Program-made: the position numbers and the translations under genes | From: Hemiscyllium ocellatum | Lineage: Eukaryota | Assembly (NCBI RefSeq): GCF_020745735.1 | Contig: NC_083409.1 | Coordinates: 21,028,098-21,092,097, forward strand | Direction of reading: 5' to 3' | Length of the DNA: 64,000 nt | The notes under the pieces: model-generated | Seen by the model: only the letters and a program-made list of their open reading frames with translations | The model's database searches: none | What the model was told of the DNA's origin: nothing | Shown here: positions 33,670 to 46,680 of the stretch, piece by piece | Layout of the letters: each line of letters opens with the position of its first letter | Position numbering within the stretch: position 1 is the stretch's first letter

Positions 33670-35000
33670 AAACCCCTCCAGCCTCGACCTCAGTATGAGC
33701 TGATTGTGTTCATTTATTTCACTCAGGATCTGCTTTTTGGATCTGCTGTAATTAATGACATCATACCAAACACTCCACCTGGATTATCTTCACCGTTTCG
33801 AAAAGTTTCAGCGAACTTTCCACTTGCTGTGATGTCACATCAAATCTTTTTGCTTGATTTTGATTAACCATTGCCCTGGTTGCCTCATACGAAGGAGAGA
33901 GAATGTTCTTGTCATTGTTCTGTTTCTTGGACCTCCTTTGAACATTCTGTAATCGCCTTTATTCCTGTCAAATCATACCCCAGAAGGAAATCGACTCTCT
34001 CAACAGGGAATGTTTCCTCCACTCCGACAATTACTTCTCCTGATAACAAATCACATTCCAGTTGTACTGTATACAATGGAAGTGGAATATATTCTCCACC
34101 AATCCCATTGATTAATACCTTAGAATCCATCGAGCTCTCTGGAGGGAAAATCAATTCTTTCTCCAGTAAAAGTAATTGTATTGTCCTGTATCTCTCAGTT
34201 TGATTCTAGGTTTAGCTGAAGAAAATGGAGTCACCATTCCTTTTCATAAAAGGCCTGTTCACCTCTCATCTACCTTACAACTTCCTTTACTAATGACAGA
34301 ATTCACCTCCGGCCTTTTTGTTATAGTCACAGCTACAACCTGCTCCGTGGGATTAACTGTTTGCATTCCCTCCTTTGACTCACTTTTATTAACTCCCATA
34401 AATCTGCTGGGTCTACTTCACAACTTGTAACATTCCATACGTACATGGCCCACCTTGTTCCAAGAGAATCATTTAAACTTCTGATCAACACTTCCAGCAT
34501 CAGCAATTTCTTTCTTAGTCTGAGGAGGAGTTCTCGGGCTTTTCCCTCCTGAACATTCTCTCCCCTGGCTACCTGCCTTCCACACACTCTCCTAATTTTT
34601 ATTTTTCTCCCATTTCTGGGCCTGATGGGAATAAGGTTTCTGGATTGATCTCCCATCAGGTGACTTCTCCACCTCCTGATGCTGCTTGGCTTGTTGTGCT
34701 CTTCCAGCCTCCTTTTTGTCTACTTTGGATTCAAGCATCTGTAGCGTTTTGGCTTTAATGAAGTCTATAATCATTAACCATTGCAGCTGCTTGTTATGCT
34801 GTTGTTCCCCTTTGGTCTTTTACATGAATTCTGTTTCTAGGAGGGAATGAAGTTTTATATCCTTCTCAGAGATTAATATCGCCAACAACATTGTTAGTAT
34901 TCTCAGCCTTTAATGACCTTATCCACCTGTCAACAATATTTTGATAAATTCTCTCAAACCCAGTAGAAGTTTGTGGAGGTTGTTTCTGTAAGTTCTGAAA
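33670..35000 (-). mobile_element. Degraded Gypsy LTR-retrotransposon gag-protease fragment
   Basis: Broken frames give ..DRWIRSLK.., a zinc-knuckle relic NKVGHVRMEC, protease IKLRDTGQ and VLINGIGGEYIPLPLYTVQLECDLLSGEVIVGV..PVERVDFLLGYDL. Confidence 0.7.
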
Positions 35001-38000
35001 CATCTGTCTGTATGTTTGTGGGATCAATGCTTATGTGCTTTTTACCTTTTCACTTCCTCGAGATCCTGAGAATGTTCCTCTGGCAGGGATATAGAAACTT
35101 CTTGTGCTTCCCAAGTTCATTTTGCATGGGCAAGCTCCATTGTTTTTCCTCACCTCATTTGTTTAAATATTTTCTCAAAAGACATGATAGATGCTTCCAT
35201 ATCCTTCTCTTCACAGTCATAGAGTCATACAGCAAACAAACAGGCCCTTCTGCCCATCATGTCGATGCCGATCAGTAAACATCAAACTGCACTAATCCCA
35301 TTTACCTGCATTTGGTCCATAGCCTTTCATGCCCTGGTATTTTATGTGCTCGTCTGGATGTGTCTTAAATGTTGTGAGAGGAGCTGCCTCCACCACCTTC
35401 TCAGGCAGCACATTCTATATTTGTACCACCCTCCGGGGAAAGAAAGCAATCCTCAATTCCCCTCTAAACCACCTTTTCATCACATTTAACTTACTGCCTT
35501 CGGTCATAGACGTGTCGTCCATGGGGAAAAGATGATCATGATTGACTTTGTCTGTCTCTCAGAATTTTGTCTACCTTAATCCGATTCACTCCAACACCCA
35601 CCCCCATGCTTCCTCTGCTCCAGAGGAAACAAACCCAATCTATCCAGGCTCTCTCCTCATAACAAACACTTTTGATCCCAAGCAACATCCTGGTGAATCT
35701 CCTCTACACCCTCTCCAGTCTACTCATGTTCTTCCAACTGTGTTATGACCAGAACTGTACAGTGTTCCAGAAACGGCCGAACCAATGCTCTGTAAATGAA
35801 CAACAAGATTTCCTTCCTCCTATATTCTGCACCCTGGCTAATGATGGCAAGCATCCCATATGTCTTATTCATCACCATGTCTGGGTGTGCTGATACCTTA
35901 CGGGATCGATGGAGTTGTACACCAAGGTCTGTGTGTTCCTCACTACTGCCAAGGAACATAAGAACATAAGAACTAGAAGCAGGAGTAGGCGGTCTGGCCC
36001 TTCGAGCCTGCTTCACTGTGCAATAAGATCATGGCTGATCTTTTCCTGGACTCGATTCCACTTACCTGCACTCTCATCTTATCTCCTAATTCCTTTATTT
36101 TTCAAAAAAAAAGTGAGCTTTAAAAATGTTTACTGAAGTAGCGTCAACGACTTCGCTGGACAAGGAATTTCATAGATTCATGGCCCTCTGGGTAAAGAGG
36201 TCCCTTCTCAATTCAATCCTAAATCTGCTCCCCTTAATTTTGAGGCAATGCCCTCTTGTCCAAGTTTCACCTGCCAGTGAAAATATTCTCTCTACTTCAA
36301 TCTTATCTATTCTCTACATAATATTATAAGTTTCTATAAGATCCCCCTCATTCTTCTAAGTTCCAACGAATATATCCCAGTCTATTCAGTCTCCTCTCAT
36401 AAGCCAACCCCCTCAACCCTGGAATTACCCTTCTCTGCACCCCTTCTAGTGCCAGTACATCCTTTCTCAAGTAAGGAGACCAAAACTACACAAAGTACTC
36501 CAGGTATGGCCTCACCAGCATCCTGAACAGATGCAACATATCCTTCCTGCTATTTTAAACTCAATCCCTTTAGCAATGAAGGACAAAATTCCATTTGCTT
36601 TCCAAATTGCTTGTTGTACCTGCAGACCAACCCTCTGTGATTCATGCACAAGGACACTCAAGGCACATATCTTCTATTGTGTATATCCTTCCCTTATTAG
36701 ACCTCCCAAATTGGATCACCTCACACTTTTCAGGATTAAATTCCATCTGTCATTGCTCTGCTCAATTACCAGCTGATCAATATAAGTCTGTAGCCTGAGA
36801 CCCAGTAATCCAAGATGGCAGCAGCGTAGGACTCTTCAGACCAAGTTCATCTGCTCCCTTTGTTTCCTTTTCTGCTTTTACTTCCACTGGTATTTATTTT
36901 CTTTTGTGTTTTTCTATTGTCATTCTCTCCTCTTTTCTCTCCCAACCACAGACTCCCAGCCTCACTTGCCAGGCCTCTGAACAGTGCAGCCCCAGTGTTG
37001 CGGCCACTTGACTTGATGTGGCAGAGTCCTGACCTGGCAGAGTCCTTCCAGCTCGGTGAGGCAGACTCTTGGTCTGACGTGTTGGGTTCTCAGTTTAATG
37101 TGGTTGCCTCTCGGCTCAGTATGCTCGACTGTCGCTCCAGCGTGATGGACTCTCGGCCTGGCATGGCGATCTCTCAGTGGCCCAGCGTTGTTGCCTCTTG
37201 GTCCACAGAGTGATCTTTTGCTGTATAAGGTGGTCTTTCGGCCCAGCACAGCCTCAGTTTGCCTTCCGGTCTCGAAGTGATGACTCAAAGTATGATCCCA
37301 CGGTAGTTTAACGCTTAAGAAAGACTGTAATGATTGAAATAATGATTTATTTATTTATTTTCTTCTGGAAACTAAAAATGTCAAGAAATCTGTAACGTAT
37401 AACTTTTAAACTTATTCCTTCTTTTTACCTTGTTCTTAAGATTCTGTATCTCGCACCTAAGATGGCTCCTGACAAGGTGACATCACATACTTTTTACTGT
37501 ACTCCAATACTTTTGTACTCGAGTCCATGTGATAATAAAATAACAGTCAAATAATTATCAACAGCACCACCAATTTGTGTGGCATCTGAAAAGTTTCTAA
37601 TTATACAATCACAGTCAATTCATTAATGTACATTACAAACAGAAAGGGTCGCAGCCCCAATTCCTGTCATACACCACTGGTCACAGCTTTCCAATTACAA
37701 AGACAATCCGTCACCATCAACTTGCCAAATTGCCATTGCGTGCTTATGCTCTACAGATGCTGCAGACCAACTGCATTTCTTCAGTAGTTTTGGGCTTTGT
37801 TCTAAGATCTATGTTGTCCAATAATACCAGCAGTTGGGATGGGAATAGTTGGCTTGCATCGTGATTGTCACTCTAATTAGAAATTGGCACTTTGTATTTG
37901 ATGAATCCTACAAATCGGTACACTGTGTTCACATCTGTCAGTCACCACATCACTGCTAACACTCCTACCTTTCCAGAATCCAGGCAAATCCTTTTGCTCT

Positions 38001-38519
38001 CAGTATGTGACTTATGTGCTTAACTTGGGTATCTTTAATTGCAAATTTTCTTAATGACTCTTTCAGCTTAATGACTCTTTCTTTCGTGTTCAGCTCCTGA
38101 CAATCTATGCCCAGCAGGCCACTAGATGATCAATGTGGTCAGCAATGTTTTGTATCTAGAATAGCCGATTTTCTCCCCATGTCCTTCACACTCACACTCT
38201 TACCCGGGCATCGCGGCAGGTCGCTGTGTTTGAGGAGACATTGACTCGAAATTGAATCAACTGTTGATATTTCATGTGGATATTCAATTGTAAAATAAGT
38301 ATATTTACAATGAAGTTAATAAATTTTAAATGTATAATAACTGGACAGAATGATATATTAATAAACTTTGCGGCATTTGAGTGATATAAATTTTGCCGGT
38401 TTGTCAAGAGTGCTCGTTCATAAAGTGCAGGTTACAACACATTTGCTGCACATCTTTTATAATGGACTTCACAGACTTTTTCCCACGACTGATGTCAAGC
38501 TAATCGGTCTACAAAAACC

Positions 38520-40560
38520 ATTGTGTTCTCTCTGTCTCCCTTCTTAAATAGTGGAGTTATGTTAGCCACTCTCCAATCCATAGGAACTGCTCCTGAGTCT
38601 AGAATTTTTTAAAGATGACCACGAGTGCATCTATTTTTTCTAGTGCCACTTTGCAAAGTATTCTGGGGTGAAGGGATCCGGTTGCCAAAGATATTTTATG
38701 GCTCATATTTGTCCTCCTATTTTTAAGCACCTCCCCATACTTTCTCTCCTCCTGAAGGGCTCTTTTTGATGCTCTGTTCTTGGCATATGCTTCTTCCTTT
38801 TTCTTTCTCAGACTAACGATGTGCCTTGACATTCAGGATCCCAGGAGCTGCTGTCATTGCCTTACTTTCTGAGCGGCTCCTGAACTGCATAAAAAAGATC
38901 CCCACTGTTCAAATGTAGACTTACCTCCAAGTAACTGCTCCCAGTCTATATTTGCCAGTTCCTGTCTAATGAAATTGAAATTGGCCTTGCCTTACTTTAG
39001 ACACTTAACTTCTGCACTACCATTACTCATTTCCATAATAACTAGGAAACTTATGGAGTTATGTTCACTATGTCCAAACTGGTCACCAACTGGTTCTTCA
39101 ACAATTTGACATTGCCTCGGATTGAGCCCAACACTGCCCATGTCTAGTGGGACTATCTACGTACTGGCACCAAAAGCTCTCCTGGATGGACTTTAAAAAT
39201 TCCATTCACATGAAGTCAAATGTAAAGTTCATGTTAGAGCAGTTGAAATTCCTTGCTAATATAGCCCTATTCCTCTCACATCTCTCATTGATTTGCCGAC
39301 ATATCTGGTGCTCTCTCTCCATCTGACTATTGAGGCGCCTGTAGAATAATCCCAACAAAGTGATTGTCCTTTTCTCTAGCTCTATCCAGACGGTATCATT
39401 TGAGGACCTTTCCAAGAAATGTTCCTTCAGTAGCAATACTGTAGTCATGGTTTCCTTTATCAATAATGCAACGCACCCACCTCTGTTGCACCCTGTCTCT
39501 CCCACCTGAGACTTCTCTTCACTGGAATGTTGAGCTGCCAATTCTTTCTTTGTTCAATCATGTCTCAGCAATTGCAACAATATTATAGTCCAAGAAGACA
39601 ACGCAACAGCATATGAAATAGCAGAAGAGATATGATTCGTACGTTTGCAGATGACACCAAAATTGAAGGTGTAGTGGACAGCAAAGAAGGTTACCTCAGA
39701 TTACAACAGGATCTTGATCAGATGGGCCAATGAACTGAGACGTGGAAAAGGAGTTTAATTCAGATAAATGCGAGGTGCTGCATTTTGGGAAAACAAATCT
39801 GAGCAGGACTTATACACTTAATGGTGAGGTCCGAAGGACTGTTGCTGAACAAAGAGACCTTGGAGTGCAGGCTCATTGCTCCTTGAAAGTTGAGTCACAG
39901 TTAGATAGGATAGTGAGGAAGGTGTTTGGTATGCTTTCCTTTATCGGTCTGAGTATCGAGTACAGGAGTTGGGAGGTCATGTTGCAGCTGTATAGGACAT
40001 TGGTTAGGCCACTGTTGGAATAGTCTGGTCTCCCTCCTACCGGAAAGATGTTGTGACACTTGAAAGTGATCAAAAAAGTTTTACAAGGATGTTGCCAGGA
40101 TTGCTGGATTTGGGCTATACGAAGAGGCTGAACAGGATGGGGCTGTTTTTTTTCCTGTAGCGTCGTAGGCTGGAGGCTGACCTTCTAGAGGTTTATAAAG
40201 TGATGGGGGTATGGATAGGATAAATAGACAAAGTCTTTCCTATGGGGTTGGGGAGTCCAGAACTAGAGGGCATAGGTTTAGGGTGAGAGGGGAAAGATAT
40301 GAAAGAGACGTAAGGGGCAACCTTTTCACGCAAAGATAGTACGTGTATGGAATGATCTGCCAGTGGAAGTGGTGGAGGCTGGTACAACTGCAAAATTTAA
40401 AAGGCATTTGGATGGACATATGAATAGAAAGGGTTTGGAGAGATGTGGGCCGGGTGCTGGCAGGTGGGTCTAGATTGGGTTGGGACACATGGTCGGTATG
40501 GATAGGTTGGACCAAAGGATTTGCTTCCATGCTGTAAATCTCTATATCTCGATGACTATA
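38520..40560. mobile_element. CR1 fragments (38520-39540 minus; 39640-40560 plus, RT end and tail)
   Basis: GGCVALLIKE..VWIELE..GLFYRR; FADDTKI..QWEKEFNSDKCEVLHFG..LYRTLVRPLLE. Confidence 0.8.
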
Positions 40561-40849
40561 TACATTTCAAAGTGCTGTTAAATGTTCTCAGTTCAACCAT
40601 ATTACTGGTCAAGCTCCTAACAGTAAAATAGGTACAGTTCAGCTTTCTGATCCTCCTGTGTTCTGCATCCTGTCCTCGTGGTCACTCAGTGGTTTACTGT
40701 GTAGCCCTTACTTTCCCATGAAGGGAAACATAGAGCATTAACCCTATGAAACTTTAGACCAATTAGTCGGACATCACCAGTGGAGAAAAAGCTCAAATTC
40801 ATTATAAAATATTTTATAGCTTAGCACTGAGAAAACAGTGACAGAATTG

Positions 40850-43800
40850 GACAGAGTCAGCATGGATTGTCAAAAGAAAAATCATGCTTAACAAATCGAT
40901 TGGAATTGTTTGAGGATGTAATGATTTGATAAGGGGGTGCCCGCGGATTTGGTTTATTTGGACTTTGGAAGGGGAATATGTAGTTGGTTCTGTGGTCGAA
41001 AATGAGACTCCCGCATAGCTCTGAAGGGGGAGAGTGAACAGCTAGCTGTGATGGTGCATGTAGGCCGCAATGATATATGTAACAAACGGAATGAGGTCCT
41101 AAATGCAGAATTTTGGGCGTTAGGAACCGCATTAAAAATAAGGACCTCTGTGGTATTAATCTCAGGATTGCAACCACTGTCACGTATTAGGCAGAGTAAA
41201 CATGGAAGAATAGGCAGGATGAATGAATGGCTTGAGAGATGGCGCAGGAGGGGGAGTTCCAAATTTCTGGGGCATTGGGACTGTTTCTGGGGGAGGTGAG
41301 ACTATTAAAAATCAGACAGTCTGCACCTGGGCAGGACTGGAACCAATGTCCTCCAGGCTACTTTTGCTCACGTTCTTGGGGAGGGTTCAAAATAATGTAG
41401 CAGAGTGATGGGAACCAAATGAGGAGGTTAGCGGACAGTAAGGAGGGAGTAACTAAAGCCTGTAAGGAACTAGGTAATGAAATCAGTGTGACTAAGGGTA
41501 AGAATAGGTAGATGATGAACGAAAAGGGACACGTGGTCTGAGGAGTATTTGTTTTAATGCAAGAAGTGTTGTAGATAAGGCAGAGGAATTCAGGGCTTGG
41601 ATTTGTACTTGGTAGTATGATGTTATTGCTATTACTGAGTCTTGGTTGAGGGAAAGGTAAGATTGGCAACGAAATATCCTAGGATACAGATGTAACAGAT
41701 GGGTTCGAGAGGGAGGTAAAAGGGGTGGAGGATTTGCATTACCGGTCAGAGAGGACAGAGCTGTGCTGAAGGAAGGCACTATGGAGGACTTGAGCAGAGG
41801 GGCAGTTTAGGCATACCTCAGAAACAGGAAGAGTACAGTAACAACGCTGGGACTGTACTACAGGCCTCCCAACAGCGAGCGCTAGATAGAAGTTAAATAT
41901 GTAAACAGATTATGGAAGATGTAGGAGCAACAGGTTGGTGGTGATGGGAGATTTTAATTTTCCCAACATTGACGGGAATCCACTTAAAGGTATAGGTTTA
42001 GACAGCGCAGAATTTGTCAGGAGCACCCAGTGAATTTTACATAGAATGTAAATAGTTCAATTTAGGAAGGGGCCATACTGGACCTGGTGTTGGGAAATGA
42101 GCGCAGTCAGATGGTTAAAATCTCAGTTGGGGATTACTTTGGGAACAGTGATCACAATTCCATACGTTTTAGAATGCTCATGAACAACGATGAGAGTGGT
42201 CCTAAAAGAAGAATTCTAAACTGGAGGAAGGCCAACTGTAGCAAAATTTGGCAGAAACTGGGGAATGGGAGCAGCTGTCTGTGGTTAAATCCACATTTGA
42301 TATGTGGGAGGCTTTTATAGAGAGGTTGATTAGAATGCCAGACAGACATATCCCTGTGAAAATGAGGGATTGTAATGCCAAGATTGGGGAACCCTGGATG
42401 ACAGGTGAAATTGTGAGACTATCTAAGAGGAAAAAGGATCATACATAAAGTCTAGGTGGCTGAAAACAGACAAATCTTTGGAAAATATTGGGAAAATAGG
42501 ACCGATCTGAAGTGAGGTATTAAAAAATGCTAAAAATGGTCACGAAATATCATTAGCAAACAGGGTTAAGAAAAATCCCAAAGCCTTTTATTCATATATA
42601 AGGAGCAAGAGTGTGACTAGAGAAAGGGTTGGCCCACTCAAGGACAGAGGAAAGTTATGCATGGAATCAGGGAAATAGGGAGAGATTCTTAATGAGTAGT
42701 TTGTTTTGCTATTTACCAAGGAGAGGGAAAAGATGAACATTGAAGTTGGGGATAAATGTTTGATTACTCTAGGTCAAGTCGGTTTAAGGAGGGAGTAAGT
42801 GTTGAGCATTCTAAAAGGCATTAAGGTGGACAAGTCCCCAGGTCAGGATGGAATATATTCTCGGATACTGTGGGAAGCAAGAGAGGAGATAGCTGGGGCC
42901 TTATGAGATATCCTTGTAGCAACCTTGTACACAGGTGAGGTCCCAGAGGACTGGAGAATAGCTAATGTTTTCCCCTTGCATAAGAAGAGTAGCAAGGATA
43001 ATCCAGGTAATTATCAACCAGTGAGCCTGATGTCAGTGGATGAGAAGCTGCTGGAGCAGATAATGATTTGGAAGAAAATGGATGTATCAGTGACAGGCAG
43101 CATGATTTTGTGCAGAGAATGTCATGTCTTAAATATTGCATAGAATGTTTTGAAGAATTGACAAAGTTGATTGATTAGCTAAGACCTGTAGCTGTCATAC
43201 ACATGGACGTCAGTAAGGTGTTGATAACGTTCCCCATATAGCCTGACGAAGAAAATAAAGCTGCATGGGGTCCAGGGTGCCCTCACTAGGTGTATAGAAA
43301 ACAGGCTGGGCAACAGAAAACAGCAGTCGTAGCGGAAGGGAGTTTCTCAAAATGGAGAACAGGAATCCGTGCTGGGACCACTCTTGCTTGTGATAGATAT
43401 ACATGATCTGGAGGAAGGTATAGGTGGTCTGATTAACAAGTTTGCAGATGGCACTCAGATTGGTGGAGTAGCAGATAGTGAAGGGGACTGTCAGAGAATG
43501 CAGCAGAATATAGATAGATCGAGAGTTTTGCAGAGAAACGTACAGATGGAATTCAATCTGGGCAAATGTGATCTGAAGAATTTTGGAACATCCAATTCTG
43601 GAGTAAACTATACGGTGAGTGGAAAGCCCTGCCGAAAATTGATGCCCAGAGAGATCTGGCTGTTTGGGTCCATTGTACACTGCAGGTGGTAATGCAGTTT
43701 GATAGCCTGGTCAAGAAGGCAGATGGCATGCTTTCCTTCATCGGTTGGGGTACAAGAGTAGGCAGATCATGTTACCATTGTATCGGACTTTGGCTTGACC

Positions 43801-44230
43801 ACATTTGGAATACTGCATACAGTTCTGTTCGCCACATTACCAGAAGGATGTGGATGCTTCGGAGACGGTGCAGAGGAGGTTAACCAGGATTGTCTCATAG
43901 GAAGGGCATGAGCTCTGAAGAGAGGTTGAGGAGATTAGCATTCTTTTCAATAGAACGTGGAAGATTGAGGGAGGACCTGCTCGTGGTCTACAAAACCATG
44001 AGAGCTAAAAACAGGGTGGATAGCAAGAAGATTTTTCCCAGAGTGAGGGGCTCAATTACTAGGGATCATGGGCTCAAGGTGAGAGGAGAAATGTTTTAAG
44101 GGATATATGTGTGGAAAGTTCTTTACACAGAGTGTGGTTGGTACCTGGAACACATTGCTAGATGAAGTGGTAGAGGCGGGCATGACAGTGTCATTAAAGA
44201 TATATCGAAATAGATGCATGAATGGGCAGG
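40850..44230 (+). mobile_element. Long degenerate CR1 LINE (ORF1 SGNH tail, endonuclease, RT, 3' region)
   Basis: MVHVGRNDI.., VVMGDFNFP, GNSDHNSIRF, EVPEDWRIANVFPLHKK..NYQPVSL, SVLGPLLLVIDIHDL..KFADGTQIGG. Confidence 0.88.
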
Positions 44231-44379
44231 GAGCAGAGGGACACAGAAGGACCTGTTCCTGTTTTGTAATTTTCTTTGTCTCTTGTTCTTTGACCTAAGA
44301 AAGCTCAAAGGAACAGAGTAATCTTGGGTGCTTGCCCACTGATCCCTGAATGAAGCAAGACAGGTTAACAGAGCAGTTA

Positions 44380-46680
44380 TGAAGACACAGGGGACACTTG
44401 CCTTGGTCATTTCAGGTATTGGCTATAAAAGCAGGAGGATATGCTGCAGTTAAGCAGAACATTAGTTAGGCCACAGCTGGAGTACCGTGTGCAGTTCAGG
44501 TCACCACTCTGTAGGAAGGATGTGATTGCACTGGATGCGGTTCAGAGGGGAATCACTAGGATGTTGTGTGGGATGGAATCTCTCAGTGATGAAGAGAGAT
44601 TAGACCAGCTCTGGTTGTTTTCTTCAGAGCAGAGAAGGTGAAGGGGAGACCTGATAGAGGTGTCTAAGGTTATGAGGGAAATGGACAGGATGGAGAGAAA
44701 GCAGCTGTTCTCCTTCGTGGGAGGGTCAATAACAAGTTCACTCACACTCAATCTGAAAGAGAGGAGGTTTCAAGATGTTTTGAGGAAAGATTTTTTTTTC
44801 ACCTAGAGGGTGGTGCGGTTCTGGAATGCACAGCCTGGGAGGGTAGTTGATGTGGGAAACCTCACAAACTTTAAAAAGTACTTGGGTGAGCATTTGAAAT
44901 GTCATAACATTCAAACTATGGGCCTCGTGTTGGAAAGTGGGACTGGTGTAGGTTTAGTGTAGTTTGGCAGGTACACAGTTAATGGGCTGAAGGGCCTCTT
45001 CTGTACTGTGTGATTGTATGATTGTATTGTGTGCAGTTTTGGTCTCCTTATCTGAGGAAGGATGTTCTGGCTGTGGAGGGAGGGCAGCGAAGGTTTACCA
45101 GACTGATTCCTGGGATGACAGCACTTAGATCTGATGAGAAACTGGATTGGTTATGATTATATTCACTGGGGTTCAGAAGATTTAGATGAATCACATTGGA
45201 ACCGTTAAAATCCTCACAGGAAAAGACGGGAGGAAGGATGTTCCTGATGACTGAAGAATCCTGAACCAGGAATTACAGTTTAAAGAAAAGGGAAAGGTCA
45301 TTTAGACTGAGATGAGGAGACATTTCTTTAGCCAGAGACTGGTTAGCTAGTGGAATATTCTGTCACAGAAAGTGGTTGAGACCAAAACATTAAATGTTTT
45401 CAAGAAGGAGATAAATATAGTTCTTAGGACTAAAGGGATTAAGTTTTAGGGGAAAAAGTGGGAACAGAGATTAAGTTGGATGATCAGCCATGGTCATATT
45501 AAATGGCAGAGCCTACTCGAAGGGCTGAATGGCCTACTCCTGCTGCTAGTTCCTTTATTTCTGTGTATGAGAGACTGTTCATAAACATGGAAACATGTGG
45601 AATTATAGAGTCAAAGAGTCATCGAGTCCTACAGCACAGACACAGGCTTTTTGGTCCACACTTGTCCATGCAGAACAGAATGACCATCCACACTAACCCC
45701 ATTTCCCTGCACTTGGCCCATATCCTTCGAAGCCTTTCCTATCCATGTATTTGTCTAAATGCCTTTTTAAAAGTTGTTAATATACCCACCTCAATCACTT
45801 CCACTGACAGCTTATTCCATACGCGTGTCACCCTCTGTGTGAACAAGTTGCCCCTCAGGTTCCCTTTTATTCTTTCTTCTCTAACCTAAAACTGATGCTC
45901 TATCATCCTCAATTCCCCAATCCTGGGAAAAAGACTGAGTGCACTCACCCTATCCATGTCTCTAAAGGTCTTATACACTTTTTAAAAAAAAACCCTCGGT
46001 CTCCTACACTCTCAGAAAAAAATTCCTAGCTTGTCCAACCTCTCACAAAAACTCAGACTTTTGAGTCCTGGCAACATGCTTGTGCATTTTCTCTGAACAC
46101 GTTCCAGTTAAATAATGTCCTTCCTATAACAAGGTGACCAAGTACTCCAAGTGCGACTTCACAATAGTTCTGTACAATTGCAACATAACTTCCCAACTTC
46201 TATACTCAATGCCCTGACTGATGAAGGCCAGTATGCCAAAAGCCTTCCCTGCTGCCCTGTCGAACGATGATTCAACTTCCAGAGAACCATGAAATGAACT
46301 CCAAGATCTCTCTGTTTCACTGCAGTCCTACGGGCCTTACTATTCACCACGGTATTCCCACCTTGATTAAACTTCCTAAAGTGCAAGATCTCACAATTAT
46401 TTCTCTGAACTCATTTTGCCGTTTCTCCAGCTGATCAAGGTCCTGCTGCAATTTCTGATAACCTTCTTCAATGTCTATTGTAATGTCATCTGCAAACTTC
46501 CCAATTATGCTTTGCAGATTCTCATCCAAGTTATTGATATCGATAACAAAGAGTAATGGGCCTAGCACTGAGGCCCGAGGCACTCCACGAGACACAGGCC
46601 TCTAGTCTGGCAAGCATCCTTCCACTGTTACCCACTGCTTCCTACCTCAAGCCAATTAGAGAAAATTATTTGTCTTTGGT
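44380..46680. mobile_element. Cluster of CR1 3' fragments in both orientations
   Basis: MLQLSRTLVRPQLEYRVQFRSP.., SVLGPLLFVIDINNLD..KFADD, and several GGCCTACTCCTGCT tails. Confidence 0.75.

Noticed and set aside
38470-38519. Perfect RSS nonamer ACAAAAACC at 38511
   Set aside because: No CAC-starting heptamer at 12 or 23 (+/-1) nt.
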